64,000 nucleotides of DNA from a virus (taxonomy: Duplodnaviria > Caudoviricetes): positions 1-64,000 of the IMG/VR virus record IMGVR_UViG_3300050156_000193; one strand, 5' to 3'. Of the stretch, positions 9,081 to 18,673 are shown piece by piece. The position numbers and the translations under genes are program-made. Every line of letters begins with the position of its first letter. Position 1 is the first letter of the stretch. The notes beneath the pieces were generated by a model. It saw only the letters and a program-made list of their open reading frames with translations. It was not told the DNA's origin and did not search any database.

Positions 9081-9461
9081 TTAAGCTGCAGCCCGCTTCA
9101 GAAGATAATGCTGCTGGTACATCTGCCCGATAATGTCATACAGCGTTGATTGCAGAATCTTGTTTGGGCAATGATTATCCGCAATGTTACGCAAGGCATC
9201 AATGATTGTAGCTGAGTATTCAACTGGGTTTTCACTATGCAAACTGTGAACTAACTCCGGAGTTTCAGATAGGACAGCGACTTCTGAGAGAGGGTCTCCG
9301 GTAGCTTGTTCTGCAAGCCGATCCCCTGCCTCAGTTAAGAAAGAGTAATAGCTATTCAAAGCTAGATGAGTCGTGTAGCTTTGGGTTCTCAGGTGAAGGA
9401 TATGCATCCAATCGCCTGCGTCTAGTAGGATTGCAATAGCAATTTGTAATGGATCCGGCAT
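9081..9461 (-). CDS. Ferritin-like/Dps-like protein (DUF5856-like)
   Basis: HILHLRTQSYTTHLALNSYY...DRLAEQ four-helix-bundle metal ligands. Confidence 0.7.
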   Translation of the reverse strand: MPDPLQIAIAILLDAGDWMHILHLRTQSYTTHLALNSYYSFLTEAGDRLAEQATGDPLSEVAVLSETPELVHSLHSENPVEYSATIIDALRNIADNHCPNKILQSTLYDIIGQMYQQHYLLKRAAA

Positions 9462-9516
9462 GCCAAGATTTTAGCATAGCGGGATCGAAGTCAACAGTGA
9501 AATTAGGAATTTCAAA

Positions 9517-10278
9517 ATGCTTAGAACCATTTCCAAGTCATCTAATAAGAAACTAGGCCCTTGCGCCTCGACCTATCGTTCCGGGAACGAGAGCGTTTAC
9601 GCAACTTGTCCGACAACCTGCCAACTCAAGCCAAGTTCTGAACAAGGTTCAGGTCTTATCAATCAAGAATATTTAGATGTGGTGGTCCATGCTGTACCTA
9701 AAGAAGGCCGGAGTTGGACCTACTCTCACTTCAACTACACACTCTTGCCAATCACCGTTCCCGGCCAGACTTGTATCAACGTTTCGGCTGACACGGTAGC
9801 CGAGGCAGTAGAATCCATCCGGGCGGGGTACCCTACAGTGGTGGTGGTGCCTAAAAGCTACGATGCTAAGGTAGACAGAGTGTCTATTCCGAACGGGGAA
9901 GTCCGAATGGTTCGATGCCCTGCAGAATATCAGGATCAGACAACCTGCTATAATTGTGGGTCTGGGAGTCCACTTTGTGCTAGGCATGAACGGGATTACG
10001 TGATCAAGTTCACCGCCCATGGGAACCAGGCTAAGAAGATTCTTATGCGGGTTGAAGGTCAGACCTCTGACACTGGAGGCTGCTACGGAAATAGCGGGCC
10101 TGTAAGGCTTCAATGGGAGAAGACTAGGGGGGTAGGTGCTGTTGGGGTAGCAGGGGGGGCTCTAGCGGGTCCTGAGGATTCTCAAAGGCCAAGCGATGCA
10201 GAGCAGTTGGCTAGGTTCGTAGAAGGGCTGCCGGAGGGGACGTTGTTGAGGCATCATGTGGTGGGAGATTTGGGGTGA
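9517..10278 (+). CDS. Cys-rich phage protein (GP88/DUF7227-like)
   Basis: TCPTTC, CPAE, CYNCG..PLC, FTAHG, GCYG and RHHVVGD motifs. Confidence 0.55.
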   Translation: MLRTISKSSNKKLGPCASTYRSGNESVYATCPTTCQLKPSSEQGSGLINQEYLDVVVHAVPKEGRSWTYSHFNYTLLPITVPGQTCINVSADTVAEAVESIRAGYPTVVVVPKSYDAKVDRVSIPNGEVRMVRCPAEYQDQTTCYNCGSGSPLCARHERDYVIKFTAHGNQAKKILMRVEGQTSDTGGCYGNSGPVRLQWEKTRGVGAVGVAGGALAGPEDSQRPSDAEQLARFVEGLPEGTLLRHHVVGDLG

Positions 10279-10282
10279 GTAG

Positions 10283-10318
10283 TTCAATAAAACTCTCAGG
10301 TGCTGGTATAAGATGGGT
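10283..10318 (+). promoter_or_regulatory. Early-type promoter motif, copy 3
   Basis: TTCAAT-N18-TATAAG (CTGGTATAAGAT). Confidence 0.65.
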
Positions 10319-10365
10319 AACTGTTCTAGATGGTAGTTGTATTTAATTTTTTAAAAGGTCAATAG

Positions 10366-12276
10366 ATGGGCGGAAAACGGAGAACACAAGAGTCTTTTCT
10401 TGCTGAGTTGGAGCAAAAGTTTCCAGGTGTATACAACACCAGCAAGGTTAAGTACGTTAACACGGAGACTCCTGTAGAGCTTATTTGTACTGCAAGAGGA
10501 CATGAGTTAAAGCTCACCGCTGAGGGGATCTTTGGCAAGCGTAGTTACGGGTGCAAGGCCTGTAAGATGCAAAGTGTCTGGGAGGCTAAGAAAGTCTCCA
10601 CCGATACTATGGCAGGTAGATTTTTAGAGGCCCATGGAACTCAGTATGGCTACGACTGGAGTACTTACAAAAGTCCCCAGGACGAAGTCAAGATCACCTG
10701 CCCAGTGCACGGTGAATTTTGGCAAGTTGCGGCTGTACACGCAAAAGGGTGTCATTGCCCAAAGTGCTCTACTAAGGAGCGATCTGAGGCGTCGATTCCT
10801 ACTTACGGCAAGTTCATCCAAGAATTACACGAAGTTCACGGCAAAGATAAATTCACCCCAGAAGAAGGGACTTACTCAAAGTACACGTCTTCGATGAACT
10901 TGCTATGCAATCAATGTAATACGATATTCTCTATCCAACCTACAGTCTTACTTTCTTCTGAGAGAAAAGGGTGCCCTGACTGTAATCGAGAGCGTGGATG
11001 GGTAGAGATGAAAGTAACTCAAGAAGAGGTGCTTGAAAGATTTGCACGGCAGCATGGGGATACCTATGACTATGATATGACCGGATATGAAACTTTAGAT
11101 TCTCCCATCAAGGTGTACTGCAAGGTGGATAAGGAATGGTTCATCCAGCAGGCAAAGGTTCATGCAAAAGGGCACGGGTGTCCTAAATGTGGGGGTAGGG
11201 CTTCTTCTACCGCTAGAACGGAATCTAAAGAAGGGGCTGAAATTAGATCTAAGGCAATTCATGGGGATAAATATGAGTACCTTGAAAAAATAGGAACAGG
11301 TCCTTATGCAAAGTGGAACTTGATCTGTGAGGTGCATGGACCTTTTACTCAAAGAGTTCAGGACCATTTACGGGGAGCTGGTTGTAGCAAGTGTCCCCAT
11401 CCTATCTCTAAGGGGGAGAAGGAGTTGACAGACTTTTTATCGGGGCTGGGGATAGCAGTACGTCCTCAATTTAACACGCCTAGCGGAAGATCTGTAGATA
11501 TTTACTTGCCGGAATCAAATTTAGCCATAGAGTTCAACGGATTATTCTACCATTCCAATGGTATAGGTAAATTGGGAAGTACTATGGGTAGAAGAGCGTC
11601 TCCCAGTTGGCACTTGCAAAAAACTCTGGATTGTCTTAAAGATGGAATCAGGTTGATTCATATATATGAAGATGAGTGGATGTTTCATAGAGAGAAAGTG
11701 ATCAATCTGATTACAGGGGTCCTAGGAGAGACTTCTGAGAAGATAGGGGCTAGGAAATGCTACGTAAAACCTCTCTCATGGGGAGAGGCTTCTCCCTTCA
11801 TAGAAAAGTATCATTTGCAAGGGGCAGGATCCCCTTGCAAGTGGATCAAGGGTCTTTTCTTCGGAGATACTCTAGTAGGGGTTATGGCATTTAAGAGCCA
11901 GGGAGAAGGGGCGGTAGAGTTGGTACGATTTGTCACTACAGGGAGAGTTCAAGGAGGATTCTCTAAGCTGTTATCTGCATTTAGAAGAGACCCTGATTTT
12001 CAATTTACTAAGATCATATCTTTCTCCGATACCAGGTGGTCACAGGGGGATGTATACGAAAAGAATGGTTTTCATTTAGAATGTGAAATTAGACCCGACT
12101 ACTACTACGTAAGGGGAAGGCGTCGGTTCCATAAACAGGGATTCAGAAGGGAGGATTTAGAAAAGATGTTGGAAAACTACAATTCAGAACTATCAGAAGT
12201 TGAGAACTGCTATAATCACAACATCTTTCAAATCTGGGATTGTGGTAAGAAAAAATGGGTCTTGGACCTGGTATAA
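10366..12276 (+). CDS. Hef-like homing endonuclease 1 (Zn-ribbon repeats + Vsr/PD-(D/E)xK nuclease + GNAT-like C-terminal domain)
   Basis: Repeated CPVHGEF...H..G..CPKC modules; VDIYLPESNLAIEFNGLFYH; HIYEDEW; FSDTRWS; IWDCG. Confidence 0.8.
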   Translation: MGGKRRTQESFLAELEQKFPGVYNTSKVKYVNTETPVELICTARGHELKLTAEGIFGKRSYGCKACKMQSVWEAKKVSTDTMAGRFLEAHGTQYGYDWSTYKSPQDEVKITCPVHGEFWQVAAVHAKGCHCPKCSTKERSEASIPTYGKFIQELHEVHGKDKFTPEEGTYSKYTSSMNLLCNQCNTIFSIQPTVLLSSERKGCPDCNRERGWVEMKVTQEEVLERFARQHGDTYDYDMTGYETLDSPIKVYCKVDKEWFIQQAKVHAKGHGCPKCGGRASSTARTESKEGAEIRSKAIHGDKYEYLEKIGTGPYAKWNLICEVHGPFTQRVQDHLRGAGCSKCPHPISKGEKELTDFLSGLGIAVRPQFNTPSGRSVDIYLPESNLAIEFNGLFYHSNGIGKLGSTMGRRASPSWHLQKTLDCLKDGIRLIHIYEDEWMFHREKVINLITGVLGETSEKIGARKCYVKPLSWGEASPFIEKYHLQGAGSPCKWIKGLFFGDTLVGVMAFKSQGEGAVELVRFVTTGRVQGGFSKLLSAFRRDPDFQFTKIISFSDTRWSQGDVYEKNGFHLECEIRPDYYYVRGRRRFHKQGFRREDLEKMLENYNSELSEVENCYNHNIFQIWDCGKKKWVLDLV

Positions 12277-12314
12277 TTAATCCGGCCCCACTCTAGGGCC
12301 TACTTGATAAAGAC

Positions 12315-14012
12315 ATGGAAATTCAAAAGAGAAATCTGGAACTAGAAGCCGAAGTGGCCTTGGAGTTAGAGGCTGTTCACGGCAAACGATTTGTCTATGA
12401 TCTAAATGGTATTCAGAATAGGGTTTCAACAATCCCTATTATTTGCCCTGAACATGGACTATTTCAGCAAACAATCTATAGACATTTGACGAGCAAACAT
12501 GGCTGCCCTAAGTGTTCTCGAATTTCAGCTGTTGAAAATACAAGCAAAGGGTTTCCTTACTTTCAAGAAAAGATAGAAGGAAGATACCCGGGAGAATTCG
12601 ATTTCTCTAACCCAGAGTACACAAAGGCAAGTGAGAGGTTTTTCCTAACACACATTCCGTGTGGGACAAGAGCCTCTTATTTGTATGAGGTTTTGATACG
12701 AAAGGACTCGGTAAGCTGCAGAGTCTGTACGCCTAGAGGTACCAAGGCGATTTCTCAGGATGATTGTGAGAAGCGCTTCAGACAGGTTCATGGGGAAACC
12801 TATGATTATGACTTCAGTACCTATAAGAACGCCACTACGAAAATGTCCATGATATGCAGGGAACATGGGGTGTTTGAGCAGACCCCAATGTCTCATTGGA
12901 ATGGACATGGGTGTCAGAAGTGTGGGGTAGAGAAGATGGTAGATGAGAATAGATTGCCCCGTCATGTACTGCAGGAGCGTGCATACTCTCGGTGGGGGGA
13001 TGCTTTTGAGTATGACTGGGAGTCTTTTATCACAACCAACCACAAAATGAGGATATTCTGCAAGAAAAATGATCACGGTTGGTTTACTCAATCAGCAGGA
13101 GATCATCTGGCCGGTCATGGATGTAGAAAATGCGTGTCTGCACAATCCACACCTGAAACTGAAATACTTGAGTTTATTGCATCAAGAGGATTAGAAGCAA
13201 TCCATGGGTACCGAATGCAAAACAATAAAGAGATAGACATATACCTCCCTTCTCTGAGACTTGGAATAGAATATGATGGCCTGTATTACCACTCTAGCGC
13301 ATTTAACAAAGATAAGAACTACCACTTAAAGAAGACGTTAGATGCGGCAAAAGAGGGGATTAGGGTTATTCACATATTTGAAGATGAGTGGGTCTATTCC
13401 AGAAGTAAAGTAGAATCCATTCTATCCATGAACTTAAAGATCTATTCGGGTCAAAAGATTTTTGCGAGGAATACAAGTGTAGTAGGGGTGCCTTGGAGTG
13501 AAGCTAAGGCGTTCTTAGAGGAGTTCCACTTACAGGGGGCAGGGGCTGCAGCTACTTGTGTAGGTCTTATCTCTCAAGGTCAAGTAGTAGCAGTGATGGG
13601 GTTTAGAAATACTGGGATCCCTTGTGAAGTTGAGCTTATTAGGTTTGTGTCTAGGGGGCAAATTGTTGGGGGGTTTTCTAAGCTCTTGAGAGCCTACCTA
13701 AAAGATCAAGAAAGTAAAGGTACTGCTTTAAGCAGAGTTGTGTCTTTCTCAGACACTAGGTGGTCTCTGGGGGACGTCTACGAAAAGAACGGGTTTCAAG
13801 TAGAGTATGAAATACCCCCAGACTACATGTATACCCGAGGTATGCGTAGGTTTCATAAAAGAGGGTTTCAGCATCAATATTTGAAAGCCAAGTTTGATAA
13901 AGGGGAACTCCCATTCTATGATCCGGAAGAGACTGAGCTGGTAAATTGTGAGAAAAACCACTACTACCAGATCTGGGATTGTGGTAAGAAAAAATGGGTT
14001 CTAGATCTGTGA
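12315..14012 (+). CDS. Hef-like homing endonuclease 2 (paralog)
   Basis: Same architecture: IDIYLPSLRLGIEYDGLYYH; HIFEDEW; FSDTRWS; IWDCGKKKWVLDL. Confidence 0.8.
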   Translation: MEIQKRNLELEAEVALELEAVHGKRFVYDLNGIQNRVSTIPIICPEHGLFQQTIYRHLTSKHGCPKCSRISAVENTSKGFPYFQEKIEGRYPGEFDFSNPEYTKASERFFLTHIPCGTRASYLYEVLIRKDSVSCRVCTPRGTKAISQDDCEKRFRQVHGETYDYDFSTYKNATTKMSMICREHGVFEQTPMSHWNGHGCQKCGVEKMVDENRLPRHVLQERAYSRWGDAFEYDWESFITTNHKMRIFCKKNDHGWFTQSAGDHLAGHGCRKCVSAQSTPETEILEFIASRGLEAIHGYRMQNNKEIDIYLPSLRLGIEYDGLYYHSSAFNKDKNYHLKKTLDAAKEGIRVIHIFEDEWVYSRSKVESILSMNLKIYSGQKIFARNTSVVGVPWSEAKAFLEEFHLQGAGAAATCVGLISQGQVVAVMGFRNTGIPCEVELIRFVSRGQIVGGFSKLLRAYLKDQESKGTALSRVVSFSDTRWSLGDVYEKNGFQVEYEIPPDYMYTRGMRRFHKRGFQHQYLKAKFDKGELPFYDPEETELVNCEKNHYYQIWDCGKKKWVLDL

Positions 14013-14015
14013 AAG

Positions 14016-14042
14016 AAAAAGCCTGGCTATCCCAGGCTTTTT
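14016..14042. terminator. Bidirectional terminator between Hef2 and the capsid gene
   Basis: AAAAAGCCTGG-CTATC-CCAGGCTTTTT. Confidence 0.85.
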
Positions 14043-14076
14043 AGAAAAGGCAGAGAATAACTCTGCTTTTTTTAGC

Positions 14077-14967
14077 TTAGAACGTGCAACGAACCACGGC
14101 GTTGACGTTACCAAGGCCCACACCAATCGATTCGTATACCGACCACTCCAGCATTTCCTTCTCAGCCTTGAGGAACACAGTCGCTTCTTGGAGCGAATAT
14201 GCTTGACCCAAATACTGCGGGGGAGCAAACACCAGCATTTCGTTATCAGCAAGAATGTCATTCTTGTTGGTAGTGATGATGTTGTATCCGAACGGTGAAG
14301 TCAGTGAAGCTTCACCCATCCACAGGCTGGAAGCAGCAGGGCTACCAACGTCGGTTGAGGGGAATGCCAGCAGATCCGAGTACAGGCTTTGGGTCATCAG
14401 CACGCAACCGACAGGTAGTTGCTTTTGAATCAGCTTCTTGACACCAGCCAGGAAGTTAGCCTTGGAGAATCCACCAGAGATGGCGTAGTCATTGCTTTGA
14501 GCAGCAGTGATCGTACGGATGTTGCCGTAGAAACCCACGTCTTCTTGCTTTTGGATATCCTTGATCGAATTCTCTTGCAGCACCGTGCGGATATCCGTCC
14601 GGTAAGTTAAAAGTTCGAACTTACTTTTTCTAAAATCGGCTGATGCTAATTTTTGGAACGTCACGGGGTAGCGAGGAGTAGTCCAGTACCGAATTTCGCT
14701 ACGGCCCAGGAAGGGTAAAGTAGCTGCAATCGAATCGGGTTCTTTCTCACAAATAACCGTAGGCTCTTCTGTTAGCTGACGATCTAGTTCAGCCGCAGTA
14801 ATCGGTTGGAAAGGCAAGACCTTACGAGTAAAGCCATCCTCACGAAGCTTTTGGCGAACAAAAGCCGACATGGCAACGCCAGCTTCCTTAGTCATACCCG
14901 AATCAACCTTGTCCAGGAAAGACTGGTTCAGGTATTGAACGTTGACAGTTTCAGTGTTATAACTCAT
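14077..14967 (-). CDS. Major capsid protein (HK97-like fold)
   Basis: 296 aa; VRQKLREDGF.RK, KFEL...R.D, KDIQKQEDVGF pattern; last gene of the protease-scaffold-cement operon. Confidence 0.7.
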   Translation of the reverse strand: MSYNTETVNVQYLNQSFLDKVDSGMTKEAGVAMSAFVRQKLREDGFTRKVLPFQPITAAELDRQLTEEPTVICEKEPDSIAATLPFLGRSEIRYWTTPRYPVTFQKLASADFRKSKFELLTYRTDIRTVLQENSIKDIQKQEDVGFYGNIRTITAAQSNDYAISGGFSKANFLAGVKKLIQKQLPVGCVLMTQSLYSDLLAFPSTDVGSPAASSLWMGEASLTSPFGYNIITTNKNDILADNEMLVFAPPQYLGQAYSLQEATVFLKAEKEMLEWSVYESIGVGLGNVNAVVRCTF

Positions 14968-14985
14968 TTTTAGTATGCTCCTGGA

Positions 14986-15432
14986 TTAGTTGAACTTGAC
15001 GATGATCGAGGCATCATTCACAGCGGAGTTGGCAATCACGTCCAGGACCACGCCAACGATAGGATCAGTACCGAAAGTACCTAGGGCCAGATAGTTCAGA
15101 CCTGTACCATCCTTTTGAATGGTCACGTAGGCACCGGGAGTAAACGTCACAGCGCTTGGCAGATTCTTGATCTGAGCGATGAAGTTCCCCCACAGAACCA
15201 CAGCCTTACCGGTTGCAGCACCTGAGCCGGAGTCGCCGTTACCTTGAATCACTAGACCAGCATTGCCAGCCTTAGAAGTGGTAGCCTTATCAACAGTGTT
15301 GTCAGCTTGCTTAACAACCCAGTCACCGTTCACCAGAGTTACGCCAGACTTAATGGTTTCAACGCGGTCCAGCGATCCATCGAGCGGCCATCCCCGGATT
15401 ATATTTACGTTTTTACCTGCATCCATTTTCAT
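14986..15432 (-). CDS. Capsid cement/decoration protein
   Basis: 148 aa, beta- and Gly-rich; G.WV...A...G.V pattern; immediately upstream of the capsid gene. Confidence 0.55.
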   Translation of the reverse strand: MKMDAGKNVNIIRGWPLDGSLDRVETIKSGVTLVNGDWVVKQADNTVDKATTSKAGNAGLVIQGNGDSGSGAATGKAVVLWGNFIAQIKNLPSAVTFTPGAYVTIQKDGTGLNYLALGTFGTDPIVGVVLDVIANSAVNDASIIVKFN

Positions 15433-15626
15433 ATCGAAATATCCTTAATAGGTTAGTTTTGGAAGTAAGTTGATTTATAAAAGAGAATCAACTTACGAAT
15501 CTTAGTAGATGACTATATTTTAGTCGAGAAATTAAAAACAAAGCATGAAAAGCTAAATCTAAGATTTAAGAGTAGTTTTTTCATAGAAAAAGCCCCTTTC
15601 GGGGCCTAGTTACTTCTTAGAAGAGA

Positions 15627-16235
15627 TCAGCTCAGAATAAACGCTGTAAAAGGATCCATACTGTCCCTAGCTGCGCCTGCAGACTTCCCCATCTTCCAAG
15701 GCTGTTCACTTGCGCTGGCAACCTTGGTTAACGTCGAATCCGGAAGCGCCATAAGAGCTTGAAGGTCAGCAGCCGTGAAGTCTCCGCTCTGGGCCAACTT
15801 GGAGATTTGATCAGGCATTTCTACCGGGGCGTTCTCCAATGCTGACTCTAGGCTAGCAACCTTTTCAAGAAGTTCTTGAATCTCTGCTTTGGCTTGTTCC
15901 AGCTGGGAAGCTTGCTTTTCCAGCTCGGTTACTTCACTGGCAACCTTCGTCAAGAAGTTAGCTAAAACCTCTTCATCAGTAGGTTGAGCTTTGAATTCGG
16001 CAAGGTCAGAAATCTTAATACCTGCAACCTTGATCATCGCCAAGGCTGAATCGTAGTCGATACCCTGGGACACCAAGCCGGACGCAGCTTCCTTTTCCAT
16101 CAAGCTTTGAGCAACCTCGATTCGAGCTTGGTTTTCATCTAGACCAGCTTGCTTTAGCATTTGCACAGCGGTGTATTCCATTGATTGACTGAGAATACTC
16201 TCAGCCTTTTTTAGTAAAGTCGTTGAAGTTTTCAC
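15627..16235 (-). CDS. Head/scaffold-like protein with multiple KxA motifs
   Basis: KKAE, KQAG, KEAA, KVAS, KQAS; shares a QGIDYDSA module with the 637 aa protein. Confidence 0.6.
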   Translation of the reverse strand: MKTSTTLLKKAESILSQSMEYTAVQMLKQAGLDENQARIEVAQSLMEKEAASGLVSQGIDYDSALAMIKVAGIKISDLAEFKAQPTDEEVLANFLTKVASEVTELEKQASQLEQAKAEIQELLEKVASLESALENAPVEMPDQISKLAQSGDFTAADLQALMALPDSTLTKVASASEQPWKMGKSAGAARDSMDPFTAFILS

Positions 16236-16601
16236 TTAGTTGGCTCCGTGTTTGTCGATAGCTTTGTTAATTTTCACCGCTGCAAAATCCCCGAGAAGAC
16301 CTAGTCCCCCACCGATTAAAGCGGCCTTTGTGGTAGGGGATGACTTGATTCCCTGGAGAATCCCCTTGGCTTTCCCAAGTAGGCCTAGGCTAGGTCTAGC
16401 GGCGTGAGCTATTGTGCTCACTGCTCCTGACCCTACCTTTTGAGCCACACTCTTTACTCCAGGATTCATCACCTTATGAGTTAAGGCACTAGTACCCATC
16501 CCGATGGCCCCGATAACTCCGGTTTGAGCTAGCTCTTTCTTGGAGTCATCAGAGAGAATTCTTGCCACTTTTTCAAGGTATCGGTTTGCCATTTTATCCA
16601 A
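16236..16601 (-). CDS. Small putative internal head protein with NRYLEKVA N-terminal motif
   Basis: Gly-rich hydrophobic helices; likely ATG start at 16592. Confidence 0.6.
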   Translation of the reverse strand: MDKMANRYLEKVARILSDDSKKELAQTGVIGAIGMGTSALTHKVMNPGVKSVAQKVGSGAVSTIAHAARPSLGLLGKAKGILQGIKSSPTTKAALIGGGLGLLGDFAAVKINKAIDKHGAN

Positions 16602-16690
16602 GTAACGAAATAGGTTTTCAGGAACAGGTCGAAGTCGGTGATCATATAGGTAAGGAGGTTAGAGAAAGGGCTTTTTAAGCCCCCCTCTGC

Positions 16691-18604
16691 TTAGCCTCCA
16701 AACAGCTCCTGAGACTTGGCATTCACCAATTCCACAGCTTGGTCAAAGTCAACGCCCAGGTCCATCAGACCAGCAACGGCAGCTTGCTTTTGTTGGCCAA
16801 GAGCCTTATTAGCAGCATACCCAGCACCTGCACCAATAGCAAGCTTCTTACCTAGACCCATGCCTGGCTTAGCCAGCTTAGCGACACCAGCGGCTGCAGG
16901 GGTGGTCAGTGCACGGCCTGTAAGCTTTTGTCCAGCGTTGAGAACTTCGCCGATCAGGGCAGCCTTCTTTTCATTTCGAGCGTAGCGTTCGTTGGCTTGG
17001 TTTTTAAGGGACTCCACGACTCCGTGGCCCAGGCCAAGTGTCCCCCCTAATAAATTACCCCCGGTAACTGCAGCACTATGGCTAATTCTCCCTCTTGAGA
17101 GAAGTGATAATCCACCCCCTGTCATCCCTCCCACCAGTGCCCCTCCCAAGGATTCGGCAACACCTCTGCCGGTAGCGCGAAGGCTCCCTACGACATTTTC
17201 TTTAGCCCTCCGCCCAATACCGGAGTTCTCTCCGCCGGTCTTATCATCAATATGCCGATTCATCCCTGCAGGAGAAAATATCCCCCTAGCCACATCTGAG
17301 GCCCCAGCGCTAGCCTTCTTCACCAGCTCCACGGCATCTTCATAATCCATACCCTGCTCAACCAAGCCAGTCACATAAGCAACCTTGACCTGATTAGGCA
17401 CAGCATGGTCTTCAACCATACCTTCCTTATCAGCAATACCAGATACATTCACCTGATCCCCGCCAGCAGCACCTTGAGCCAGAGCATCTTGAATGATGGC
17501 ATCAAACACTTCATTCATAGTACCGGTAGGCCGCAGGCCGTCAGAGGTAGGCATAGGCTTGATAACGGCATCACTCTCGGCCACAATTTGGGCGTTAGCG
17601 ACTTGAGCCTTATTCGGCACAGCGCCAGGGGCAATACCAGTGGAGGAAGTGAGGTCTTCGGCAGAAGCTTGCTTGACCATTTCCACGGCAGAATCAAAGT
17701 CCACGCCACCTTCAATCAAAGTCTGCAGATAAGCGGCCTTTGTCAGAGTAGCGTCTTCTTCCGCAATCTCAGCTTCAGCTTGCTTCACCATCTCCACCGC
17801 TTGATCAAAGTCAATACCTTGTTCGATCAGGCTAGCCATGGCAGCAGCCTTTTCCATCTCATCGGCAATCTCAGCTTCAGCTTGCTTCACCAGTTCCACG
17901 GCATCGCCAAAGTCTACGCCTTGAGCAACCAGATGCGCAACTGCAGCAGCCTTTTCCACGCCAACTTGATTAGGAACGGCATGGTCTTCGACGTTACCTT
18001 CCTTATCGGCAATACCTGTCTCGTTCACCTGATCCACACCAGCGGCACCTTGAGCCAGAGCGTCTTGAATGATAGCGTCAAACACTTCATTCAGCGTACC
18101 AGTGGGGCGTAGGCCATCCGAAGTAGGCATAGGCTTCACCACAGCATCAGTCTCAGCGACCATTTGGGCATTAGCAACTTGGGCCTTATTAGGCACGGCG
18201 CCTGGAGCGATACCATTCGAAGAAGTGAGGTCTTCGGTGGAAGCCTTCTTCAGAAGAGCTTGGGCCAGGGCTTGTCCGGCAGTAGAGGCTTGCTTATTCA
18301 TAGGGGTTTCAGGGGTGTTGAGTTGTAGAGCTGCAATCTTTTCAAAGACTTCACGGGCCAGGGCGGCGCCAGCTTCCGATGCTGACTTCTCTTGGCCCTT
18401 CTCCTTATCTTCGTCGTCTTCCTTGGGTGACTTTTCTCCGTCTTCGTCGTCGCCCTTCTTTTCCTTATCTTCAGACTCCTTTTCCTTCAGGAAAGCAGGC
18501 TTACCCTTTTCCTTGTCGTCTGATTCGTCCTTTTCTGCCTCGGCAGCCGACTTTTCCAGATTACCTTGAAGTTCGGCCAGGAGCTTGTCTAGGGTGAGAT
18601 CCAT
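16691..18604 (-). CDS. Scaffold/internal head protein with internal duplications
   Basis: Acidic and Lys-rich N-terminus, five G.DF..AV..VK.A modules, 94-aa duplication; lies between protease and capsid genes. Confidence 0.6.
   Translation of the reverse strand: MDLTLDKLLAELQGNLEKSAAEAEKDESDDKEKGKPAFLKEKESEDKEKKGDDEDGEKSPKEDDEDKEKGQEKSASEAGAALAREVFEKIAALQLNTPETPMNKQASTAGQALAQALLKKASTEDLTSSNGIAPGAVPNKAQVANAQMVAETDAVVKPMPTSDGLRPTGTLNEVFDAIIQDALAQGAAGVDQVNETGIADKEGNVEDHAVPNQVGVEKAAAVAHLVAQGVDFGDAVELVKQAEAEIADEMEKAAAMASLIEQGIDFDQAVEMVKQAEAEIAEEDATLTKAAYLQTLIEGGVDFDSAVEMVKQASAEDLTSSTGIAPGAVPNKAQVANAQIVAESDAVIKPMPTSDGLRPTGTMNEVFDAIIQDALAQGAAGGDQVNVSGIADKEGMVEDHAVPNQVKVAYVTGLVEQGMDYEDAVELVKKASAGASDVARGIFSPAGMNRHIDDKTGGENSGIGRRAKENVVGSLRATGRGVAESLGGALVGGMTGGGLSLLSRGRISHSAAVTGGNLLGGTLGLGHGVVESLKNQANERYARNEKKAALIGEVLNAGQKLTGRALTTPAAAGVAKLAKPGMGLGKKLAIGAGAGYAANKALGQQKQAAVAGLMDLGVDFDQAVELVNAKSQELFGG
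17387..18244 (-). repeat. 282-bp imperfect intragenic duplication (17963-18244 and 17387-17668)
   Basis: ASTEDLTSSNGIAPGAVPNK...HAVPNQV versus ASAEDLTSSTGIAPGAVPNK...HAVPNQV. Confidence 0.9.
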
Positions 18605-18673
18605 GTAATATATCCTATTTAGTTAATGGGTTGTGATTGACTATCGTGTATTTACTGCACTAACTTTGAATTA

